A DNA stretch of 64,000 bases from an uncultured Thermoleophilia bacterium (lineage in GTDB: Bacteria > Actinomycetota > Thermoleophilia > UBA2241), in contig CAWBRS010000002.1 in assembly GCA_963791345.1 (NCBI GenBank), forward strand, positions 112,037 through 176,036, in the 5' to 3' direction. Position numbers and translations under genes: made by a program. Positions 51,463-64,000 of the stretch are shown here, piece by piece. Position 1 is the stretch's first letter. The number at the start of each line of letters is the position of its first letter. The notes below the pieces were generated by a model. The model was given only the letters and a program-made list of their open reading frames with translations. It was not told where the DNA came from and searched no databases.

Positions 51463-52025
51463 GCGGACCCATCGCCGAGGTCCTCGTCGGGCGTGAGGAG
51501 CTCGCCGCGCGCGTCGACGAGCTGGCCGAGCAGATCTCGCGGGACTACGAGGGCGAGGAGCTGCTCCTGGTCGGCGTGCTCAAGGGCGCCGTCTTCTTCA
51601 TGGCCGACCTGGCCCGTCGGCTGACCGTGCCGTGCACGCTCGACTTCATGGCGGTCTCCAGCTACGGGTCGTCGACCGACTCCTCCGGCGTGGTGCGCAT
51701 CCTCAAGGACCTCGACACCGAGATCGAGGGCCGGCACGTGCTCATCGTGGAGGACATCATCGACTCCGGGCTCACGCTCAGCTACCTGCTCAAGAACCTG
51801 CGCACGCGCAAGCCGGCCTCGCTCGAGGTCTGCGCCCTGCTCACCAAGCCGGCCCGGAGGCGCACTCACATCACCTGCAAGTACACGGGCTTCGAGATGC
51901 CGAACAAGTTCGTCGTCGGCTACGGTCTCGACTTCGCCGAGCGCTATCGCACGCTCGACTACATCGCCGTACTGACCCCCGACGCCGCCGCGGGCATCCC
52001 CGGCGAGCAGAGTTCTTTGCTGTAG
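51459..52025 (+). CDS. hpt: hypoxanthine phosphoribosyltransferase
   Basis: VLVGVLKGAVFFMADL...HVLIVEDIIDSGLTLSYL...VVGYGLDFAERYR; GTGA overlap with tilS. Confidence 0.9.
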   Translation: MSGPIAEVLVGREELAARVDELAEQISRDYEGEELLLVGVLKGAVFFMADLARRLTVPCTLDFMAVSSYGSSTDSSGVVRILKDLDTEIEGRHVLIVEDIIDSGLTLSYLLKNLRTRKPASLEVCALLTKPARRRTHITCKYTGFEMPNKFVVGYGLDFAERYRTLDYIAVLTPDAAAGIPGEQSSLL

Positions 52026-52108
52026 GAGGGGGGGTATGCTACCGTCGAGGGGTCCCCACCCGACCTCGACCGTGCATCCGCACGCAACGTCCCACTCAGA
52101 GGTAGACC

Positions 52109-54292
<2,184 letters not shown>

Positions 54293-54312
54293 GCCCGGTC
54301 CCGGCCTCCGCA

Positions 54313-54883
54313 GTGGACCGCGACAAGATCCAGGAAGGCGTGCGGCTCATCCTCGAGGGGATCGGCGAAGATTCCTCGCGGCCGGGGCTCCTCGAGACGC
54401 CGCGGCGCGTCGCCGACATGTACGAGGACATCTTCGTCGGCATCGGCGCCGCCGACTCCGCCGAGCTCCTGGCGGCGGTGCCCGGCGACAGTCACCACGA
54501 GATGGTCCTCATCAGGGACATCGACTTCTACTCGATCTGCGAGCACCACCTGCTGCCCTTCGCCGGCACGGCGCACGTGGCCTACATCCCCGGCGACGAC
54601 GGGCGCATCTGCTGGCCTGTCCAAGCTGGCGAGAGTGGTGCGTCGCGTGGCCGCCCGTCCCCAACTGCAGGAGCGCATCACTTCGGAGGTCGCCGACGCC
54701 CTGGTGCGCGCCCTCGACCCTGCGGGCGCCGCTGTGCTCATCGAGGCAGAGCACCTCTGCATGTCGATGCGCGGCGTGCGCACCCCGGGCGCGCGCACCG
54801 TCACCAGCGCCGTCCGCGGCCTGTTCCAGAGCAATGCGGCGACGCGCGCCGAGGTCTTCGCCCTCATCAACGCCGGCCGCTAG
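54313..54883 (+). CDS. folE: GTP cyclohydrolase I; one frameshift near 54620
   Basis: ...[17 protein letters not shown]...[25 protein letters not shown] in frame 1; C-terminal ...[12 protein letters not shown]...[14 protein letters not shown]... in ORF 54635..54883. Confidence 0.8.
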
Positions 54884-54885
54884 CC

Positions 54886-55741
54886 GTGGACGCCCGCGCC
54901 GTGCGCCTCGAGGTCCAGCTGCCCTGCGTGATGGGCATCCTCAACGTGACTCCCGACTCGTTCTCCGACGGCGGGCGTTTCACGCGGCTCGAGGCCGCCG
55001 TCGCCCAAGGGGTCGCCATGGCGCGCGACGGCGCCGCGATCATCGACGTCGGCGGCGAGTCGACGCGGCCGGGCTCCGACCGGGTGCCCCTCGACGAGGA
55101 GCTGGCCCGCGTGCTCCCGGTCATCGAGCGCCTGCGGGCCGAGACCTCGGCCGTTCTCTCGATCGACACGTACAAGGCCGAGGTCGCGCGCCGGGCGCTC
55201 GCCGCCGGCGCCACCCTGCTCAACGACGTGAGCGCCCTGCGCATGGACCCGGCGATGGTCGAGGTCGCCGCCGAGGCCGGCTGCCCGGTGATCCTGATGC
55301 ACATGCTCGGCGAGCCCAAGACCATGCAGCAGGACCCGCACTACGACGACGTCGTCGACGACGTGCGCGCCTTTCTCGAGGAGCGTATGGCGTTCGCCGT
55401 TGCCCGCGGGGTCGACGAGGAGCGGATCCTGGCTCGACCCCGGGATCGGCTTCGGCAAGACCGTCGCCGACAACCTCGTCCTGCTGCGCGAGCTCTCCCG
55501 GCTGAAGGAGCTGGGGCGCCCGCTGGTGCTCGGCGCCTCGCGCAAACGTTTCCTGGGCGCGATCCTCGGCGCCGAGCCGGGCGGGCGCCTCGTCGGCACC
55601 GTCGCCTCCACGGTGATCGGCCTGATGAACGGCGCCGACGTCGTGCGCGTGCACGACGTGCGCGAGAACTTCGAGGCCCTGCGCGTGGTCCTCGCCCTGC
55701 GCGAGGCCGGCGACGAGGCCGGCCCCGGGGCCGGCCGCTGA
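54886..55741 (+). CDS. folP: dihydropteroate synthase; one frameshift near 55430
   Basis: [14 protein letters not shown]...[12 protein letters not shown]...LSIDT...LNDVS in one frame; C-terminal [11 protein letters not shown]...GASRKRF...VRVHDV in ORF 55400..55741. Confidence 0.8.
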
Positions 55742-55748
55742 GACGGCG

Positions 55749-56111
55749 ATGCCCGATCGCCTGACCATCGCCGTCGAGGGCCTGCGCCTGCGCGGCCGCT
55801 GCGGGGTGACGGCAGAGGAGCGCGCTCTCGGGCAGACGCTCGTCTTCGACCTTCGCCTCGTGCCGGCGGAGTGCCCGGGCGCCGTGACCGACGCGCTCGA
55901 GGACACCGTCAACTACGGCGACGTGGTCAGGGCGGTGACGGCGACGGTGGCCGAGGGCGAGTTCCACCTCCTCGAGCGCCTCGCGACCGTCGTCGCCGAC
56001 CGTCTGTGGAGCACCGCCCTCGACGAGCTCGTCGTGCGGGTGCGCAAGATCGACCCCCCGGTCCCGGCCCCCACCGAGGCCGCCGCCGTGGAGCTCGTCA
56101 GGCGGCGGTGA
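55749..56111 (+). CDS. folB: dihydroneopterin aldolase
   Basis: 120 aa, [27 protein letters not shown]..., intact. Confidence 0.85.
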   Translation: MPDRLTIAVEGLRLRGRCGVTAEERALGQTLVFDLRLVPAECPGAVTDALEDTVNYGDVVRAVTATVAEGEFHLLERLATVVADRLWSTALDELVVRVRKIDPPVPAPTEAAAVELVRRR

Positions 56112-56620
56112 GCGGCGCGGCGCGCCGGGCGTTCGTCGCGCTCGGCTCGAATCTCGGCGACCGCGGGGCCTATCTCGCGCAGGCGTGTGACGCCCTCGCG
56201 GCGTTGCCCGGCACCAGCCTCCTCGGGGCCTCGTCCGTCTACGAGACGGCGCCCCAGGAACGCGCCGACCAGCCGGCGTTCCTGAACCAGGTCGTGGCCC
56301 TGGAGACCGCGCTCGAGCCACGCGACCTGCTCGCCGCCTGCCAGCGCATCGAGACCGACCACGGCCGCCGCCGTGAGGTCCGCTTTGGCCCGCGCACGCT
56401 CGACATCGATATACTCCTGCTCGAGGGCATGGAGTCCGACGACCCGCTGCTCACCTTGCCGCACCCGCGCATGTGGCAGCGCGCCTTCGTGCTCGTCCCC
56501 TTGGCCGAGGTCTGGTCCTTCGCCAGGGGCATGCCCGCGGTCGATGTGCCGGCCCTCGGCAGGGAGCTGGCGCGCCGGCAGCCCGTCCAACGTTACGTCG
56601 CGCCGGAGGCCCGCGGATGA
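56108..56620 (+). CDS. folK: 2-amino-4-hydroxy-6-hydroxymethyldihydropteridine diphosphokinase
   Basis: AFVALGSNLGDR...GPRTLDIDILL...PHPRMWQRAFVLVPLAEV; GTGA overlap with folB. Confidence 0.85.
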   Translation: MSGAARRAFVALGSNLGDRGAYLAQACDALAALPGTSLLGASSVYETAPQERADQPAFLNQVVALETALEPRDLLAACQRIETDHGRRREVRFGPRTLDIDILLLEGMESDDPLLTLPHPRMWQRAFVLVPLAEVWSFARGMPAVDVPALGRELARRQPVQRYVAPEARG

Positions 56621-56678
56621 CGCTGACCCTCGCTCCATCGACCGCCCGGTGCGCCTCGCGGCGCCGGAGGACCACCGC

Positions 56679-58307
56679 GTGACGCGCCCGTACATCGCCG
56701 CCGTCGACGCCGCGGGGCTGCACCGCCGCACGTTCGACGTGCTCGTCCTCGGCGGCGGCATCGCCGGGCTCACGGCGGCCATCGGCGCGGCGCGCCGCTG
56801 GCGCGTCGGCCTGCTCACCAAGTCGACCTTCGAGGAGACGACGACCTTCCTCGCCCAGGGCGGCATCGCCGCGGCGCTCGGCAAGTCCGACTCTCCCGAC
56901 CTGCACTTCGAGGACACGATGCGCGCCGGCGCCGGGCTCTGCGACGCCGAGGCGGCCCGCGTCCTGGTCGACGAAGGCCCGGCGCGCGTCCGCGAGCTCA
57001 TGGAGATCTGCCCACGCTTCGACCGCGTCGAGGGCGAGATCGTGCTCAGCCGCGAAGGCGCGCACTCGGTGCCCCGGGTGGTGCACGCCGGCGGCGACGC
57101 GACCGGCAGCGAGGTCTCGAGCGCCATGGCCGAGGCGCTGCGGCTCGGCAGCCGCGTCCAGCTCTACGAGGACGAGTTCGTCATCGACCTGCTCACCGTC
57201 GACGGGCGCTGCGTCGGCGCGCTCTCGCGCAGCATGGTCGACGGCGAGACGACCCTCAACCTGGCGATGGTGACGGTCCTCGCGACCGGCGGCGCCGGGC
57301 AGGTCTACGCGCGCACGACCAACCCGAGGGTGGCCACCGGGGACGGGGTGGCGATGGCCTACCGCGCCGGGGCGGCGATCAGGGACCTCGAGTTCGTCCA
57401 GTTCCACCCGACCGGCCTGGCCCTCGACGGGCAGGACACCGTCCTGCTCATCACCGAGGCGCTGCGCGGCGAGGGCGCCTACCTGCGCAACACTGCGGGC
57501 GAGCGCTTCATGGTCGCCGCCGACGCGCGCGCCGAGCTCGCCGCGCGCGACGTCGTCGTCCGCGCCATGATGGCCGAGATGCGCCGCGAGGGCGTCGACC
57601 GGGTCTATCTCGACGCCACCCACCTCGACGCCGACATGCTGCACCGCCGCTTCCCGACCGTGACCGCCGGCCTCGCCAGGCACGACCTCGACCTCGCCCG
57701 CGACCTGATCCCCGTGGCGCCGGTAAGCCACTATCTGATCGGCGGCGTGCAGACCGACGTGTGGGGGCGCACCACGGTGCCGGGGCTCTACGCCAGCGGC
57801 GAGGTGGCCAGCACCGGCGTGCACGGCGCCAACCGACTGGCCTCCAACTCGCTCCTCGAGGGTCTTGTGTTCTCGGACCGCGTGGTGCGCGACCTGGACC
57901 GCTACGTGAGCCGGCTCGGCGAGGACGTGCGCCGCCTGCAGTTCGACCTGCCGGCGGCGGCGGGGGGTGGCGGCGGGCACGACGCGACCGCCGCCGCGCG
58001 CGCCCGTCTCACCGCCGTCATGTCGGCGAAGGTCGGCGTGCTGCGCCGGGCCGACGAGTTGCAGGCGGCGATCGCCGAGCTGCGCGAGCTCCACGCAGCG
58101 GTCGACGCCGCCGGCGCCGACGTCCCCGAGTACGAGTTCTACAACCTGCTCACCCTGGCGACGCAGATCGCCAAGTCGGCCCTGCTGCGCGAGGAGTCGC
58201 GCGGCGTCCACCTGCGCGAGGACTACCCCGCCAGCGCCGACGACTGGGTGCGCCACATCACCCTGCGTCTGCCCGACCTGCAGGTCGAGCCCGCGGAGGA
58301 CGAGTGA
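56679..58307 (+). CDS. nadB: L-aspartate oxidase
   Basis: FAD fold FDVLVLGGGIAGL, ...HYLIGGVQTD..., about 542 aa from in-frame GTG 56679. Confidence 0.85.
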   Translation: MTRPYIAAVDAAGLHRRTFDVLVLGGGIAGLTAAIGAARRWRVGLLTKSTFEETTTFLAQGGIAAALGKSDSPDLHFEDTMRAGAGLCDAEAARVLVDEGPARVRELMEICPRFDRVEGEIVLSREGAHSVPRVVHAGGDATGSEVSSAMAEALRLGSRVQLYEDEFVIDLLTVDGRCVGALSRSMVDGETTLNLAMVTVLATGGAGQVYARTTNPRVATGDGVAMAYRAGAAIRDLEFVQFHPTGLALDGQDTVLLITEALRGEGAYLRNTAGERFMVAADARAELAARDVVVRAMMAEMRREGVDRVYLDATHLDADMLHRRFPTVTAGLARHDLDLARDLIPVAPVSHYLIGGVQTDVWGRTTVPGLYASGEVASTGVHGANRLASNSLLEGLVFSDRVVRDLDRYVSRLGEDVRRLQFDLPAAAGGGGGHDATAAARARLTAVMSAKVGVLRRADELQAAIAELRELHAAVDAAGADVPEYEFYNLLTLATQIAKSALLREESRGVHLREDYPASADDWVRHITLRLPDLQVEPAEDE

Positions 58308-59143
58308 ACGCGGCGGCGCTGCGCACCGCGGCGCGCGCGGCCGCGCGGCGCGCCCTCGACGAGGACCTCGCCGGCTACGGCGACCTCACCGGCGCGGCCT
58401 TCGAGGGCGACGGGGTCGGGCGCGTCGTCGCCCGCGAGGCCGGGGTGCTCTCCGGCCGCCTTGCCTTCGAGGAGGCGGCCGCGCTCGTCGACCCCGCCCT
58501 CACGGTCACTTTCGCGCGCGACGACGGCGACCGTCTCGCCGCCGGCGAGACGGTCGCCGTCGTCGCCGGCCGCCTGGCGAGCATCCTCGCTCTCGAGCGC
58601 ACCGGGCTCAACTTCCTCGGCCGGCTCTCCGGCGTCGCCACGCTGACGGCGCGCTTCGTCGCCGAGACCGAGGGCACCGGGGCGCGCATCGCCGCGACGC
58701 GCAAGACCACGCCCGGCCTGCGCGCCCTCGAGAAGGCCGCCGTCGTGCACGGCGGCGGCCTGGCTCACCGCTTCGGCCTCTTCGACGCGGCGCTGATCAA
58801 GGACAACCACGCGGCCGCCGCCGGCGGCGTCACCGCCGCCGTGGAGCGCGTGCGCCGCAGTCTCGGGCACGTGCACGGTCTCGAGGTCGAGGTCGACGAC
58901 CTCGGTCAGCTCGAGGAGGCTCTCACCGCCGGCGCCGGCGTCGTGCTGCTCGACAACATGGACGCGGCCACGGTCCGTGCCGCCGTCGAGCTCGTCGCCG
59001 GCCGCGCCGTCGTCGAGGTCTCGGGCGGCGTGACCCTCGAGCGGGTGCGCGAGCTCGCCGCGACCGGCGCCGACGTGCTCTCGGCGGGCGCGCTCACCAC
59101 GCGCGCCCCGTGGCTGGACGTGGCTCTCGACCTGGAGGCCTGA
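58304..59143 (+). CDS. nadC: nicotinate-nucleotide diphosphorylase (carboxylating)
   Basis: ...TRKTTPGLRALEKAAVVHGGGLAHRFGLFDAALIKDNH... QAPRTase type II; GTGA overlap with nadB. Confidence 0.85.
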   Translation: MNAAALRTAARAAARRALDEDLAGYGDLTGAAFEGDGVGRVVAREAGVLSGRLAFEEAAALVDPALTVTFARDDGDRLAAGETVAVVAGRLASILALERTGLNFLGRLSGVATLTARFVAETEGTGARIAATRKTTPGLRALEKAAVVHGGGLAHRFGLFDAALIKDNHAAAAGGVTAAVERVRRSLGHVHGLEVEVDDLGQLEEALTAGAGVVLLDNMDAATVRAAVELVAGRAVVEVSGGVTLERVRELAATGADVLSAGALTTRAPWLDVALDLEA

Positions 59144-59145
59144 CC

Positions 59146-59919
59146 ATGCTGCTCGTCGTCGACGTCGGCAACACGCAGACCGTGATCGGCCTCGTCGAGG
59201 GCGGCGAGGTCCCGCACCACTGGCGCATCGCCACCGTCCGGCACCGCACCGGCGACGAGATCGCCGGCCTCCTGCAGGGCTTCTTCTCGCTGGCGGGGAT
59301 GCGCCTCACCGAGGACGTCGACGAGGTCGGCATCGCCTCGGTCGTCCCGCGTCTCACGGCGCAGTGGGCGGAGATGTGCGAGAAGCACCTCGGCCTGACG
59401 CCCTTCATCGTCGGCCCCGGGGCGCGCAGCGGCATCCGCATCGCGATGAAGAACCCGACCGAGGTGGGCGCCGACCGCATCGTCAACGCCGTGGCGGCGT
59501 TCGAGTCGTACGGCGGGCCGTGCATCGTCTGCGACTTCGGCACGGCCACCACCTTCGACGTGATCTCCGCCGCCGGCGACTACCTCGGCGGTGCGATCGC
59601 GCCCGGCGTCGAGGTCTCGATGGAGGCGCTCACCACGCGCGCCGCGAAGCTCACCAAGGTCGAGCTCGTCGAGCCGGCGCACGCGATCGGGAAGGCCACG
59701 GCCGAGAGCCTGCAGTCGGGCATGGTCTACGGTTTCGCCGGCCAGGTCGAGGGCGTCGTGCGCGCGATCTGGGAGGAGCTCGGCGAGCAGGCCCGGGTCG
59801 TCGCCACCGGCGGGCTCGCCGAGCTGATCGCCCGGCATACCAAGGTCATCGCGGTAGTGGATCCCTTCCTCACGCTGCGCGGCATCGAGCTGGTCATGCG
59901 CCGCCAGCACCCGGCCTGA
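59146..59919 (+). CDS. coaX: type III pantothenate kinase
   Basis: MLLVVDVGNTQTVIGL..., ...GADRIVNAVAA..., ...CIVCDFGTATTFD...; starts 3 nt after the nadC stop. Confidence 0.85.
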   Translation: MLLVVDVGNTQTVIGLVEGGEVPHHWRIATVRHRTGDEIAGLLQGFFSLAGMRLTEDVDEVGIASVVPRLTAQWAEMCEKHLGLTPFIVGPGARSGIRIAMKNPTEVGADRIVNAVAAFESYGGPCIVCDFGTATTFDVISAAGDYLGGAIAPGVEVSMEALTTRAAKLTKVELVEPAHAIGKATAESLQSGMVYGFAGQVEGVVRAIWEELGEQARVVATGGLAELIARHTKVIAVVDPFLTLRGIELVMRRQHPA

Positions 59920-60022
59920 GCCCGGGGCGGCGGGGCGGGAGTGTGCCGGTGAGCCGGGACGGCGCCAGACACGGGTACCCGGCGCCGGAGGTCACGGGGT
60001 ACGAGCCGACGTCGAGGCGGCC

Positions 60023-61010
60023 GTGACCGTGAACCCGGAGGTCGAACGGCGCGAGCCGGCGGCGTCGCCGTTCTTGCGGCCTCTCGAGATCGGTCGCCTG
60101 CGGCTCGAGCGGCGCCTGTTCATGTCGCCGATGGCGGGGGTCACGACGCCGGCCTTCCGGCGCGGCGTGCGCCGCTGGGGCGCCGGCCTCGTCTTCACCG
60201 AGATGATCTCGGCCTACGGACTCTGCTACGGCGGCCGGCGCACCTTCGAGTACCTCGAGTGCGAGGAGGACGAGCACCCGATCGGCTTCCAGCTCTTCGG
60301 CGCCGACGCCGACTACCTCGCCCGCGCCGCCGAGCTCTGCGTGGGCGCCGGCGCCGACCTCGTCGACCTCAACATGGCCTGCCCCGTGCGCAAGGTCGTG
60401 AAGACCGGCGCCGGCGCCGCCCTGCTCGGCGACCACGAGCGCGCCGAGGACGATCGTGCGGGAGGTGGTCGCCGCCGTCGGGCCCGAGGTACCGGTGACG
60501 GTGAAGCTGCGCGCCGGGCTGCGCGAGGGCGACGAGGCGGGGCGCCGGCTGGCGCCCCGCCTCGTCGCCGCCGGCGCCGCCGCCGTGTTCCTGCACCCGC
60601 GCACCGTGACCCAGCTCTACCGCGGGCGCGCCGACCACGGCCTCACCGAGGCGCTCGCCGCCGAGCTGCCGGTGCCCGTCGTGCCGTCGGGCGACGTGGA
60701 CGGCCGCGGCGCCGCGCTCGAGCTCCTCGAGCGCGGCGCCGCGGCCGTCGCCCTCGCCCGCTACGCCGTCGGCGCCCCCTGGCTCTTCCACGAGGTGCTC
60801 GGCGGCGACCCGCCGCCGCCCGACGAACGGCTCAAGGAGGCGCGCCGCTTCGCCGATGACGTCCTCCGTCGGATGGGGCCGCACGGGGTGCGCCACCTGC
60901 GCCAGTTCTGGCCGAAGCTGCGGCGCGGCGGCGCCCTCGACCGCGAGACGGCCGAGGCGCTGATGCGGGCCGGCGACGAGGCCGCGGTGCGCACGCTCCT
61001 CGGAGCGTGA
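60023..61010 (+). CDS. dus: tRNA-dihydrouridine synthase; one frameshift near 60440-60460
   Basis: ...SPMAGVTTPAFRR...FQLFGAD...DLVDLNMACPVRKV... in frame 2 joins ...VPVTVKLRAG...FLHPRT... in ORF 60456..61010. Confidence 0.75.
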
Positions 61011-61139
61011 CCCGGCCCGGCGGGGGTGGCGTGCTCACCGGCCGCCGCGTGATCCGGCTCGGCGAACAGGCCGAGGGGCGCGGGCGCCGGGGCACGAGAC
61101 CCCGCTCCGGCCGGGAGCGGTGACGTTCCCCGCGTACGG

Positions 61140-61168
61140 TTGCGTGACCCGGAGGCGCGGCCTATACT
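61140..61168 (+). promoter_or_regulatory. sigma-70-like promoter for greA (TTGCGT-17 bp-TATACT), followed by a GC-rich 5'-UTR hairpin (61182-61212)
   Basis: -35 TTGCGT at 61140-61145, 17-nt spacer, -10 TATACT at 61163-61168. Then CGGCGCGCGGCC-tcatcaagg-GGCCGCGCCG, and the GAGGAGG RBS before GTG 61234. Confidence 0.5.
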
Positions 61169-61233
61169 GTCGTGCCGTTTACGGCGCGCGGCCTCATCAA
61201 GGGGCCGCGCCGTCGTGTTCAAGAGGAGGCACA

Positions 61234-63806
<2,573 letters not shown>

Positions 63807-64000
63807 CATCAGCCCGACGCGCAGACACGCTGCAGTTGTATCCTGGGGCCGCAGCGCGCGCAGGTTATGCACACCACGTTAGCGCTACAGGAGCTTGAGA
63901 CGGAGTCGATGGCTGGGTTTCCTGAGCTCTGGCACGGTCAAAGGGCGGGTCGCAGTTCGGCCGAGTACCGCGCGGCCCGCGACGAGGTTCGCGCCCGCGT

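Overview
This is a high-GC (about 70-72%) chromosome segment of actinobacterial type, with long spurious antisense ORFs typical of such GC content. The housekeeping backbone is glmS(partial)-acpS-nnr-CBS-alr-cca-mutM; tsaE-tsaB-rimI-tsaD; groES-groEL with a CIRCE operator; tRNA-fMet; tilS-hpt-ftsH-folE-folP-folB-folK-nadB-nadC-coaX-dus-greA-lysS; and ald with an Lrp regulator. Two accessory-looking islands stand out. The first (8.4-11.7 kb) is a TasA/camelysin-like plus SipW signal-peptidase locus with an AT-rich repeat-bearing promoter. The second (about 26.9-42 kb) is a co-directional catabolic island: a MetH-like pterin methyltransferase, DmpA, a peptide-type ABC importer without a binding protein, an MttB-superfamily methyltransferase, a C45 acyltransferase/hydrolase, a D-aminoacylase, an orphan PotA ATPase and a PucR regulator. 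There are also an Hps-RraA fusion gene, a tungsten-type aldehyde:ferredoxin oxidoreductase, and a 13-bp inverted-repeat-bounded element after lysS. Many genes carry single-base frameshifts, including essential ones (ftsH and lysS are badly broken). These are most simply explained as homopolymer indel errors in the assembly, so gene coordinates are given as full spans across the frameshifts.
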